Assembly (NCBI RefSeq): GCF_036971445.1
Contig: NC_091475.1
Location: 33,232,001-33,296,000 of the forward strand
Reading direction: 5' to 3'
Origin: Narcine bancroftii
Lineage: Eukaryota
DNA length: 64,000 bases
Positions 40,352 through 53,074 of this stretch are shown here, one piece after another. Under the pieces are notes generated by a model. The model had not been told where the DNA came from and made no database searches. It worked only from the letters and a program-made list of their open reading frames with translations. Position 1 is the stretch's first letter, and each line of letters opens with the position of its first letter. A program made the translations under genes and the position numbers.

Positions 40352-42264
40352 TTCTTCGCTGAAAACCTGGAGGATCAAACTTCAGTGAAGAAACAATATC
40401 TGTAATGGAATGAAGAAAGCTTGCATCAAGCAGTTTACAAGTAGGTACTTTCAAACTTATCAAAAACAATGTTATACCATGAAAATAAAAGGATTAACTA
40501 TTTTGAATACTTGTACCGTACTAAACAAGTATGAAGATGATACAAATTGTTATTTTATTACTGATGTCAATAGCCAGGTTCTTTCTACCCAGATGAATAG
40601 ATAAGCAAACACAAAACACTGGATGGAGAAACTCAGTAGGTCAGAGTGCATCAGTGAAAAAAGAAACAGATCACCAATGCTACCTTACCTGCTGAGCCTT
40701 TCCAACATTTATGTTTTTGTTTCATATTTCCAGAATTTCAAGTCACTTTTCCTCATTCATATTCTACATGTTGAGTTTAGAACTGTGCAGTTGAATGCAG
40801 TGATAAAAAATGATTCCTATTAACATTGAGAATTAGTTTTACTAAATTAAATCAAAAACATGACGTGTGTTATGTTTACACCATATGGATACAAAATTCT
40901 TATATCATCAGATTTACTAGGGCGAAAGGAAAAAGTACATGAACAAGGAACAGAGGAAAGAAAGAAAAGAGTTTTAATTAGCATGGGTAGAAGGATGTTC
41001 AACTGTAAATGTTACATTAATGCCAGTGATGACCATCCAAAGTTTTGCTCACAAATCACGTTATGCTTCATTTCTGTACTGAGGAAAGTGCATCATTGAG
41101 GGGGAAGGTTGGACACAAATTGGGAATAAATTGGCAACACCTAATGAATCCCAATTTAAAAAAATGCTTTCCTCAAATGCACGTTTGGCCTCATCCTGAC
41201 AATTAATAAAACATATCTATGTAGGAATTATAGGAGAGTTGAAATGATTGGCCACAGAATGTTCAATCCCACAACCACAAACTCAGAGCATAGGTAGTCA
41301 CAAAGTTGTCATCAAATCTGAATTTGGTCTCATCAATATAGAGGAATAAATATAGTCATACAGCATGGTAACAGCATGGTAACAGGCCCTTCCAGCTCAA
41401 AGGCCCTTATGCTGCACAAATACACCAATTAACCTAGTAACCTGAAGGGTGGTATAAAACCAGAGCATCCGAAGGAAACCCATGCAAACACTGACAGAAT
41501 GTACAAACTCCCTCTAGACAGCATTCGATTTGAATGCTAACAACACTGCCTCGGTAAAACTGAATGTGGTAGAACAGGTTAGATAATGTGCACGTAAAGC
41601 TCTGCTTCATCTGGAAGGTCTATTCACAGCCTTGGATGAAGGTGGGGAAGGCGGCGTGAGAGATGTTGTCTACTTTCTACAATCACAGAAGGAAGTGCCT
41701 AAGGGATGGAAGGGATAGGGAGAGAAGAGCAGCCCAGAGAGTCTTTGAGAGTCTTCCCTGTGAAAAATAGATAGGGATGCTGAGAAGATGTGGTTGCTAG
41801 AGAGATTGTGCTGAAGTTGGAGGTGTTGGAGGATACTCTGTCAGATTTAGAGGCTGGTGGAAAGGAGTGTGAGGACCAAAGGGAACAGCACATCATATTC
41901 CCCCTGGATATCCTCAAACATAATGGCATGAACATCTACTTTTCTAACTGTAGGTAACTCTTGCAGCAATCTGCTTCCACTCTTTCCATTCTTTACCTCA
42001 GCCTGTCAACAGCTTTTATGCCCCTTAATGTCACCCCAAACGATTGAAACCAAAAACATTGACTGAACATTTCTACCCATGGATGCTGCCCAACTTGCTG
42101 AGTTCTTTTGTGTTTTACTTAAACCACGATGTCCAAAGAATTCTGTGTTTTACCTGATTAATTCTTCCAGGTCATAGCTTTCTCAAGATTCCAGTATCTG
42201 TAGATTTTGTGTTTCTCTGACCTGCATAAAAGCTTCTTTTGTCTAATTCACAGATATAACAAAG

Positions 42265-43440
42265 TGCTTTTATGTTGGAATTGATTATTTCAGACCTTTT
42301 GAAGTTAAAAGAGGAAGAAGTATTGTGAAATGTTATAGTGTGATTTTCACTGGTTTAGCTATAAGAGCAATTCATTTAAAAGTTGCCACATCTTTTATCA
42401 GTGGTCCTCAGCAAATTATAGCCAGACGTGGTCAAGTGAAAGAATTAAGATATGATCATGGTATCAATTTTGTTGGAGCACAACTGGAGTTGAAGGAAGC
42501 GATTAAATATTGGAAGCAGAATCAAATTCATGATGTAATGCTTCAAAAGAGTATTAATTGGATTTTCCACCCTCCTACTGGATCGCATCATAGAGGTATA
42601 TGGAAAAAGTAATTTGTTCAGTAAGAAAAATTCTAAATTCTATATTAAAAATAAAAAATCTTGAAGAAGGTCTTCAAACAGTTTTGTGTGAAATTGTTAC
42701 TCTCAATAGCCGTCCAATTACCAAGGCTTCAACAAATCCAAATGATCTTGAAGTTCTTACTCCAAATCATCTTCTACTTCTTAAGACTAAGCCTTCGATG
42801 CCACCTGGACAATTTTGAAAGGAAGATATATATTCTCGCCACAAGTAGAAGCAGATCGAATTTATGTCAGATTTGTTTTGGAAAAAATGTGTAAAAGAAT
42901 ATCTTCCTATGTTAGGAGAACGACATAAATGGTTTACAAAGCGTAGTTTCTCACCTCATGATATGGTGATCATTATGGATGATTCAGCTCCTCGGAGTTT
43001 ATGGTTGATTGGGAAAATTATTGATACTTTTCAAGACAATCGAAAGTTTGTTCATCAAGTTCAGATCAAAGCTAAAACATTTTTTTTTGGATTCGGGTGA
43101 TTACCAAAATTTGTCTTTTGCTGGATATTGAGAAATCTTACAATTCTAATAATTGATTTGTTACCATGTATTCTTTTTTGGTTTTTCATTTTTGTTTTGG
43201 TAATTATTATTTTAATCATAATAATTAGGGGCCAGATTGTAGGAACCAAAATGATAGAATTACTGTATTAGTATATTTACAGGACTGCTTATTTCATATT
43301 TTTGCTGTATTCTGTGAAAGTCATAGACTAGGAGCTTTTTTTGAGAATTGGAGAAGGGGTCAGTTTTTCCCGGTGGATCAAGCAAGAAGTCTTGTTTGAT
43401 GGTCAGTAAGTAAAATGCTTCGATAATGTTTTGTTGACCT
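42265..43440 (+). mobile_element. BEL/Pao integrase C-terminal region, PPT and partial 3' LTR
   Basis: RAIHLKV, ARRG, INFVGA, PPTGSHHRGIW, LNSRPI, LTPNHLL and FWKK..EYLP; gggccagat|TGT at ~43238. Confidence 0.8.
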
Positions 43441-43589
43441 CAAGCTATCTCAAGCAAGTAATTTCGTGAATTGCAATTGTAATTATTACCAGATCAAATA
43501 ACCATATGTTTATCTGTTTCTGAATAGCCACCAATGGTACAAAACCAAAATCAAAAAAGTTAGTCTGAAGATAAAATGTAGTCACATAA

Positions 43590-44380
43590 ACTGCATGCTG
43601 AGTATTTCTAGCATTTTCCATTTTTATTTCATACTTCCAATATACATCAAAGTGCAAAGTTCAGATATATTGTCAGAGTACAAACCTGACATGGCACCCA
43701 AAATTCTTTCTCCTGCAGGCCATGAAGAATGTCCACTTACCAATAGTGCAAAAAATTGTACTCAGGAAAGGAGATGGATACAAAAGAGAGAAATGTAAAC
43801 AAGGAAAAAAAATCTAAATAAACTGACTGTGTAATGCAGAAAAATAAATTCAATAATAAATAAAGTGCAAAGTAATTGAGTTTGTTGTTCAGGAGTCTAA
43901 TGGTGGAGGGGTAGCAACTGTTCCTGAACCAAGTGGTATGTGTCATATGGCATCTACATCTCTTTCCTGATGGCAGCAGCAAGAACAGAGCATGTCCTGG
44001 GTGGTGCAGATCTTAGATGATTTGTGCTGCTCTCCAAAGGCAGCGTTCCATACAGATTTTCAGAAAGGTGGGGAAAGTTGAATACATTTGTCAAGTTGGT
44101 CAACACAGGTTTTCAGTACTCGGCTAGGTAATCCAACCAGACCGGATCCTTTCCTTGGACTCACTCTCCAGAAGGCAGTCCACACATCATCCTCGGATAC
44201 TGACAATAGAGGATCAATAAAACACATGGGGGTGCGCAGTAGTTCTTCCTTGTTCTGGTGTCAAATTGGGCATAAAAGGTATCGAGTTCATCTGGGAGAG
44301 AAGCTTTGCTGTCTTCTACTGCATCGGATTTGATTTTGTTGCAGATTAGGTCATTTATGCCCTGCTACAGCTGACAGGTA
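43590..44380 (-). mobile_element. Rex1/Babar-like LINE fragments with 3' tail
   Basis: LLPSGKRCRCHMTHTTWFRNSCYPSTIRLLN. Confidence 0.65.
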
Positions 44381-45879
44381 ACAAATGTTGCCCAACTTTC
44401 GCTCCTTTTTCTGCACTTCCTACCTGGGCAGGAAAATGAACTATAGCTCATTTAATTTACAAAAATGCCAAATACAATTCCATGGCCACCAGTTGTTCAA
44501 CACTTGAGTAAATAAATGGATTCTACTCCAATTATTTAGTTACGATTAATAGCCCACAAAGTAACACTGGCTAAATTTCAGCAAAAATACTCCAAAATAC
44601 TTCAAAAACAAAAAATCTAAAACAAAAACTGAAACTGCTGGAAATGCCCTTCAAGTCAGTTGAAAACTGCATAGAGGAAAAGTAGGTAACATTTCATTTT
44701 GTGCAAATGACCTTTCATCATAAGTGAAGGGGGAAAGATAACATCATTGTGAAACTCAACAAGAACAAATGTTAGAAATATTTTACAGGTCAGTCATATC
44801 TATACAGAAAATAATAGATCATCCAACAAACCACCCTATGACAATGAAGATCTCTCCCCTTCTCAGTGAAGAGCAAAGCACTGGAAATTGTTGGAGTTTT
44901 GTGAAGATGCAAAGCCATCATGAACTTTTCAGCTTCATTTGCAAATGGCCTACCTAACTTGCTGCAAAGAAGTGGGATTAACAAAGTACTATATTTAATG
45001 GCACATAGGACCCCACCTCCCCAGACAAAAAAAAAACTTAAAAATCCACCCTTGGTCCTATACGGAAAGTGACATTTTGGTGCTGCCATTTTTGGCATCA
45101 AAATACAAACGTAGTGGAGACTTACCTCCACAAAATGGTGACAGGGGGAAAATGCTCTAACTACTCACTCAGCTTCAAGAAACCTGCAAAGGTGATGCGG
45201 ATGTCCAGAAAGCAGGCCAGCAGCTTGGCAGACCACCTTTCCTCTGGGTGGTCCGTGCTTTCTGGAGTCACCACCGCTGCTCACTTCCCCCAGTGAGAAG
45301 GGGGGAAGGGAGGGAGGGGGGGAAGGGAGGGGAGGGGGGGGAAGGGAGGGAGGAGGAAAATGACAGTGTATATTCGAGGGAAATGTTTATGTGTATTTTG
45401 GTCAATATGGTTCATAGTGTGAAAAATATTTTTTTTTTAAAAAACAAGCAATTAATCAGTTGCCCCTTGATATGGTCCTGCATCATTCCTGTTGCACTGG
45501 GTTCCCTCCCTCCCGCCCCCGTTTGTATGGTGAAGGGGAAGCAGAATGAGTCTCAGCGTGCAGCAGACAGGATTTTATCGTGTGTGAGGAGGCTTCGGTG
45601 AGTTAAGGTAAATATACTAAAACAAATTTTTTCTGAAATCTCACACTAAAAATGGGAGGGTCTGGTATGCCATCAAATAAAGTACTGTTTCAATGCTATT
45701 CACTCCCATGAGGATCTTAAACATGCCAGATGGAAATGATGATTTACTCCTACACCAAAAAATATCCGGGAAAAAGCAACTAAAGGGATAGGCCATTGGT
45801 TCCTTAAACTGTACTATCAATCAATAACATTGTAGATATGGTCTCAACCGCTTTCCTGTTTCCTGGAGGGGGGGTGGGG

Positions 45880-46830
45880 AATGCAGTTGTTTAGGTTGGG
45901 TGGTGTAATGTAAAGCTGTCTCGCCTACAAGATCTGTTTTTGTCCCCGGATGGAGATGAAGGAGATGTAGTAAAAAGCTTTATACTTTCTGCAATTACAG
46001 CAGGAAGTGCCTAAGGGGGTGGAAGAGTGGCTGAGAAGGGAAGAGCAGGCAAGGCAGTCTCAGAGAGACTTATCCCTACAAAAAATGGATAGGGGTAGAA
46101 AGGGGAAAGATGGGATCACACTGAAGTTGGCAGAAATTGTTGGAGGATAATGTGTCAGATGTGGAGGCTGCTGGGATGGAAAGTTAGGAAGAGAGGAATC
46201 CTGTCTTGTTCCGCCTGGAGAACAGGTAGGTTGAGGGCAGAAGTACAAGAGATACGGTCATGGGCTTTATCAATAATAGGAGGGGAGAATCCACTTTTAT
46301 TAAAGAAAGAGGTAATTTCAGATGAGCTGAAGAGGATGGCATAATCTAATAACACATACAGAGGAATTGTGAGAAATGGATGGCATCCTTACAAGAGAAA
46401 GGGCAGAAAGAGTTAAAATTTAAGTCGCTGTGAGAGGCCATGGTTTTGTCATAGATGTCCATGCACAGTTTGTCTCGAGATGGAGATAGAGAGGTCAAGC
46501 AAGGGGAGAGAGGTGTCAAACAATTGAGATAAACTTAATAGCCAGATGGAAGTTGGTAGAAAAACTAAGAAATTGTCAAGTTCTGCACAGGTACAGGAGG
46601 TAGCAGCAAAACTGTCACCAATGTAGTGGAGGAAGAGTTGGGGATTATTATCTGAGTAGGATTAGAACAGGTACTCTTCCACATACCCAATCAAAAGGAA
46701 GACATAGCTTGAGCTGATTATGTGTGCCTAAGGCTACATCTGGGATCAGGTACAATTGAGAGGTATCCAAGGACAAGTTGTTAAGGCTGAGGACAAGCTC
46801 CACCAAGCAGTGAGTGTTAATCAATGGGGA
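45880..46830 (-). mobile_element. Penelope-like element, RT fragment
   Basis: Minus-strand remnants PQLFLHYIGD, SSEITSFFNKSGFSPPIIDKA and RIPLFLTFHP; a related piece lies at ~41560-41950. Confidence 0.7.
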
Positions 46831-47107
46831 CTAAAAGCCTGTGTTCAGGAAAGCTGAGTGCCGTTAAAGTAATGGGCTTTCTGGTTTAGAATGGTGTTGA
46901 TTAATACATCAAATACATTAACACATTAACCAAAATATCAATGCATAAATATAACTTAGTTAATACTAATGTTGGTTCAGTTACATATAACTAAGGACAG
47001 TGTGGAGACAGAGGATGTGTATGGCCTGGCAACGACAGCCCTAACATTGGACAGCAAGAGATTCTGCAATGTTGGTGTCCTGGTAACAACAATGATTTGA
47101 TGAATTT

Positions 47108-48366
47108 CACGAAAACCAACAAGGTCGGGTCAGATACAGCAATGAGCTCTCTGAACCCTTCTCCATTAACAATGGCGTGAAGCAAGGCTGTGTTCTCGCA
47201 CCAACCCTCTTTTCAATCTTCTTCAGCATGATGCTGAACCAAGCCATGAAAGACCCCAACAATGAAGACGCTGTTTACATCCGGTACCGCACGGATGGCA
47301 GTCTCTTCAATCTGAGGCGCCTGCAAGCTCACACCAAGACACAAGAGAAACTTGTCCGTGAACTACTCTTTGCAGACGATGCCGCTTTAGTTGCCCATTC
47401 AGAGCCAGCTCTTCAGCACTTGACGTCCTGCTTTGCGGAAACTGCCAAAATGTTTGGCCTGGAACTCAGCCTGAAGAAAACTGAGGTTCTCCATCAGCCA
47501 GCTCCCCACCATGACTACCAGCCCCCCCACATCTCCATCGGGCACACAAAACTCAAAACGGTCAACCAGTTTACCTATCTCGGCTGCACCATTTCATCTG
47601 ATACAAGGATCGACAATAAGATAGACAACAGACTCGCCAAGGCAAATAGCACCTTTGGAAGACTACACAAAAGAGTCTGGAAAAACAACCAACTGAAAAA
47701 CCTCACAAAGATAAGCGTATACAGAGCCGTTGTCATACCCACACTCCTGTTCGGCTCCGAATCATGGGTCCTCTACCGGCATCACCTACGGCTCCTAGAA
47801 CGCTTCCACCAGCGTTGTCTCCGCTCCATCCTCAACATCCATTGGAGCGCTTTCATCCCTAACGTCGAAGTACTCGAGATGGCAGAGGTCGACAGCATCG
47901 AGTCCACGCTGCTGAAGATCCAGCTGCGCTGGGTGGGTCACGTCTCCAGAATGGAGGACCATCGCCTTCCCAAGATCGTGTTATATGACAAGCTCTCCAC
48001 TGGCCACCGTGACAGAGGTGCACCAAAGAAAAGGTACAAGGACTGCCTAAAGAAATCTCTTGGTGCCTGCCACATTGACCACCGCCAGTGGGCTGATATC
48101 GCCTCAAACTGTGCATCTTGGCGCCTCACAGTTTGGCGGGCAGCAACCTCCTTTGAAGAAGACCGCAGAGCCCACCTCACTGACAAAAGGCAAAGGAGGA
48201 AAAATCCAACACCCAACCCCAACCAACCAATTTTCCCCTGCAGCCGCTGCAACCGTGTCTGCCTGTCCCGCATCGGACTTGTCAGCCACAAACGAGCCTG
48301 CAGCTGACGTGGACTTTTACCCCCTCCATAAATCTTCGTCCGCGAAGCCAAGCCAAAGAAGAAGAG
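47108..48366 (+). mobile_element. Young 5'-truncated RTE (BovB-like) LINE with an open RT C-terminal ORF at 47177-48307
   Basis: KQGCVLAP, LLFADD, QLRWVGHV and a C-terminal CxxC...H finger; short 3'UTR, (GAA)n tail, CpGs retained. Confidence 0.92.
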
Positions 48367-49379
48367 AGATGTTCTTCAGCACAAGGGGAGGGGAGAGGGG
48401 TTAAGAGAAAGAAAGGGAGGAAACAAGGAAGGGTGAAACAAGTGGAAAATGTGGGATTGGAGAGGTTTGTAGGAAGGCAGGATATCACTTCCTTCCCTTC
48501 ATTCTTGATGAAGAATTCCAACCCAAACCATTTCTGACCATAATATCTGACCTAGTGAGTTCCTCCAGCAATTCTTTGCTCAAGATTCCAGCCTTTACAG
48601 CTTTTGTGGGGTTTTTTTTCTGCCTTGAATTTGACAATGACCCTTCTCAGCTCTCAGGGATACATATATCAAATGATTCATGACCTTCTGAGGAAGAAAG
48701 TCATCTGCATCTGAAATGGGCAGCAACTTCTTCTGAAACTAAGTACACTAATTTTGGATAACATTATATCGACAAGCAGTGCCTGACGTTATCAGTTCGA
48801 CTACAATGCAATTGAATTACAGCTTACTCAGTTGGAGCTCTCTGGAACAGATTTTGTCCAAAATCTCAATTATTTTTGTTTTGCCAAAAACAAAAGTAAT
48901 TCAATAAGATTTACAAAAAAAGAACATTTTCTAGTGTTGGAAAGCTCCAACCAGTGGCATCATTCAGGTTGGTGTCACCCAGTGTGCTGACTGACCCCTC
49001 CCCATGGACTGAGTAACTGAGCCAATTTGTCATTTTTTTTCCCTCCTCCTTTTCCTTTAATTATTACTTCATGCCCAAAAAAGTTATCGATATAGGTTCA
49101 CAAATACCAATGGCCACAATATTGTCGCTAAAAAAACCCAAAAAATTTGACAAAAGCAGCAACTATAGAAACACCAGCAGCAACAAAAACAACAGCTCAT
49201 GCTTGTAGCAAGTGCAGATGAAGCCAGGATTCAAAGCATCATTGTAATTAGGTAATAAATAGAATGATTAGAGGCTCAATAAGTAAATTAGCATAGAATT
49301 TTAGCCTTGTTAGCTGAGCTTCCAAAAAATACAGGTATATTTATATATAAATAAATTTCTGCTGAAACAATGCTCAAAG

Positions 49380-50260
49380 ATTTATTTTCTAGACAGTCAT
49401 TTTGGGGGTCTCCCCCGAAATGACGCCAGTGGCTCCATGTCCAAGCCCTGCCCGGCCCTCCAGGCGCGCACAGACACACAACCCAAGCCGACGTCTTCGG
49501 GGTCTCCCAGTTCCTTGCCCAAGTGCGGATGAAAGATCGCGGCAACACAGGGCGCCAAACAAGACCGCGCCGCAAATCTCAGCCATTCCCTCCGGCAGCA
49601 GCGCCGGGGCTCGCCAATCACCGCTCGTTACCCAGCAAACAAGGCGGGAGGCGGTGTCCGGGAGGGAGAGAGAGACGCGCCGCGGGCCGGGCCTGCTCTC
49701 CTTGCAAAGCCCAGGCCGGCCGATCGGAGCCCCATCCCAGGTGTACTCACCACGCCAGCCCCTTATCCGAAACTGCGGTCCCTTCTGTTTATGTCTACGG
49801 TTGCCACGCGGGTCCCCGGGTTCGACCGTCGTCCTGGTGACGAGGCCTGCATGGCCAGGTGGTCTGTGACGTCACAGCCCTCGGTGCCGCTCGCTCCATC
49901 CCTGGATCCGCGGTCCGGGGGGTAGCGCAGCAGCGGGGGGTCTGTGACGTCACGGCCCTCGGTGCTGCTCGCTCCATCCCTGGATCCGCGGTCCGGGGGT
50001 TAGCGCAGCAGCGGCGGTCTATGACGTCACGGCCCTCGGTGCTGCTCGCTCCATCCCTGGATCCGCGGTCCGGGGGGTAGCGCAGCAGCGGCGGTCTATG
50101 ACGTCACGGCCCTCGGTGCTGCTCGCTCCAACCCTGGATCCGCGGTCCGGGGGGTAGCGCAGCAGCGGCGGTCTATGACGTCACGGCCCTCGGTGCTGCT
50201 CGCTCCAACCCTGGATCCGCGGTCCGGGGGGTAGCGCAGCAGCGACTCCCCGATTAGCAG
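49380..50260 (-). promoter_or_regulatory. CpG island and probable ARL13B promoter, with a non-coding exon 1 ending at 49751
   Basis: Very CpG/GC-rich compared with the flanks. Minus-strand donor G|GTGAGT at 49751/49750, CCAAT at 49614, and X-box-like GTTACCCAGCAAAC (49627-49640) and GTCGTCCTGGTGAC (49828-49841). Confidence 0.7.
49861..50244. repeat. GC-rich minisatellite, 5 x 77-78 bp, one TGACGTCA per unit
   Basis: TGACGTCA starts at 49867, 49945, 50022, 50099 and 50176; the units are nearly identical. Confidence 0.97.
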
Positions 50261-50664
50261 CAAAGGACGAAAAGTCTGCAAACACCGTGAGTGAAGTAAA
50301 ACCACAATGCGGGAGAAACCCACGCTTCAAACTCCCAGTTTTATTTTAAACCCCCCCCCCACAGTTTAGTTTGTCTTCAGATTATGGTGGTGGCAAGTCA
50401 AAGGGCCGGAATGTGTGGTCTCTGACTGCACACCAGAGGTTCAACTGATCCACCCCTTAGGGTGTTTAGATCGCAGGCATTGTCACGGCACCATCAGCGA
50501 CATTTACCGTTACACGGGCAGTCTAAAAAGGAAAAGGAAAGTCATTTCCTGCACGGCGATTTATCCTGCAGGAAACCCTCAGTCTAAATCGCATGACATA
50601 ACCCACTTCATGAATTCGACGTCCAGCTGATGACTCAGACTGTCCACGTCAAAGCACCGGGACT

Positions 50665-52011
50665 CTTCTTTCTTCTTCTTTGGCTTGGCTTCGCGGACGA
50701 AGATTTATGGAGGGGGTAAAAAGTCCACATCTGCTGCAGGCTCGTTTGTGGCTGACAAGTCCGATGCGGGACAGGCAGGCACGGTTGCAGCAGTTGCAAG
50801 GGAAAATTGGTGGGTTGGGGTTGGGTTTTTCCTCCTTTGTCTTTTGTCAGTGAGGTGGGCTCTGCGGTCTTCTCAAGGAGGTTGCTGCCCGCCGAACTGT
50901 GAGGCGCCAAGATGCACGGTTGGAGGCGAGATCAGCCCACTGGCGGGGGTCAATGTGGCAGACACCAAGAGGTTTCTTTAAGCAGTCCTTGTACCTCTTC
51001 TTTGGTGCACCTCTGTCTCGGTGGCCAGTGGAGAGCTCGCCCTAGAACATGATCTTGCGAAGGCGATGGTCCTCCATCCTGGAGACGTGACCCACCCAGC
51101 GCAGTTGGGTCTTCAGCAGCATGGATTCGATGCTTGCGGACTCTGCCAGTTCGAGTACTTCGATGTTGGTGATGAAGTCATTCCAATGAATATTGAGGAT
51201 GGAGCAGAGACAGCAGGAAAGGGCTTTGGCAAATACTAGAGCGCCTCGGATGCCCCCCCCCCACCAAGTTCCTCAACATGGTTATCCAACTGCACGAAAA
51301 CCAACAAGGTTGGGTCAGATACAGCAATGAGCTCTCCGAACCCTTCTCCATTGAGAACAGCGTGAAGCAAGGCTGCGTCCTCGCACCAACCCTCTTTACT
51401 ATCTTCTTCAGCATGATGCTGAAACAAGCCAATAAAGACCTCAACAATGAAGACGATGTTTACATCCGGTTCCACACGGATGGCAGTCTCTTCAATCTGA
51501 GGCGCCTGCAAGCTCACACCAAGACACAAGAGAAACTTGTCCATGAACTACTCTTTGCAGACAATGCCGCTTTAGTTGTCCATTCAGAGCCAGCTCTCCA
51601 GCGCATGACGTTCTGTTTTACGGAAACTGCCAAAATGTTTGGCCTGGAACTCAGCCTGAAGAAAACTGAGGTTCTCCATCAGCCAGTTCCCCACCATGAC
51701 CACCAGTCCCCCCACATTTCCATCGGGCACACTGAACTCAAAACGGTCAACCAGTTGACCTACCTCGACTGCACCATTTCATCTGATGCAAGGATCGACA
51801 AAGAGATAGACAATGGATTCGCCAAGGCAAATAGCGCCTTTGGAAGACTACACAAAAGAGTCTGGAAAAACAACCACCTGAAGAAACACACAAAGATCAG
51901 CGTGTACAGAGCCGTTGTCATACTCACGCTCCTGTTCGGCTTCGAATCATGGGTCCTCTACCGGCATCACCTACGGCTCCTAGAATGCTTCCATCAGCGC
52001 TTCCATCCTCA
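50665..52011 (-). mobile_element. RTE LINE with a 5' inversion
   Basis: The 3' part is on the minus strand (50665-~51213) and the upstream part is on the plus strand (~51214-52011). 9-bp TSD accgggact at 50656 and 52012. Confidence 0.88.
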
Positions 52012-53074
52012 ACCGGGACTAACACCCACTTAAACGACCACAAGGTGAGTCATTGTGTTAATTTTTTTTCTCACAGATTTTCCAACATTGTTGTCTAAAA
52101 AACACTACTATGGACCCCAGAGAGAGACAACTTCAGTTGTCTGGACATGTGTCTTTTCTAAGAATCTGTAAACAGACATTGAGACAACCCAGAGCCTTCT
52201 TACACACATGAAAGAAATCCAACATTCCAAGAGAGCAGAACATAACTGAATGTTAAAACATGCAAGTAAGGGAAACGATGTAATTTCCACTGAACCTCAG
52301 AGATTGCGTATGCCCTGAAGGACATCAAGACCACTGATTCACCTCCGACTCAGTGGATGCCCCTTGCACTATTTCCAGACATGCTGGCACATTCAAAGAA
52401 GCAGGAGAAAGGTGAACAGCCCCACCACACGAGTGATGTTCAAACTGATATTTTAGTTGTCCTAGACATTTGGAAATGTACGCTTACTCTAAAAGCTTGC
52501 AATGCATAATGCCTGCATTCGCAACCTTTTATTCTCTTGATTTACGAGCCCTCATGGCACCTCTTGGTAATACTGTGAGTGACAGCTACTATGAAAGAAA
52601 GTTCAGTGTAAGTGTGATCTTTCCACCTACTGCTTACACATGAACTTGTTCGTAAGCCTTGTGCCCACAGTACACTCCTGAGTGAAATAAAAGCAGGAAT
52701 CATCAATAGAGCTCCTCTTATCCACCTTAAGATGCTGGAAATTTGAAATTTAAAAGATGGAAAATAATGGAAATGTTCAGCATCTCACTCAGTGAGAGAA
52801 AGAACACTGATGTGATGCCTTTCATTTAAGCATTCACATTGAAGAATACATATTACCCTCTTGAGAAACATGGTAAGATAAATGGGAAACAAGCAGACAA
52901 TACAAACATTATTTAGAAGATAGCCTCAAAGATCATTTTAAAGGATGAAAATTAGTAAATCAGTCAATATGAATGTCATCAATGGTATGCACTGGGTGCC
53001 ATTAAGTGATCTACCGAGGAATGTTTGATAACAAAAAATGCTGGAGAAACTCAGTAGGTTACACAGCATTTATA

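Noticed and set aside
45296-45360. Purine/G-rich tract with G-quadruplex potential
   Set aside because: It is a low-complexity segment inside repeat-derived sequence, and such tracts are common throughout this window.
47177-48307. 376-aa ORF as a host or domesticated gene
   Set aside because: It is a 5'-truncated RTE RT with no true start codon, and there are closely similar copies elsewhere in the window.
49861-50244. CRISPR-like array
   Set aside because: The whole units are near-identical with no unique spacers, there are no cas genes, and the context is eukaryotic; it is a minisatellite.
49288-50323. Several overlapping ORFs in the CpG island
   Set aside because: These are expected from stop-poor GC-rich and tandem sequence, and no protein motifs were seen.
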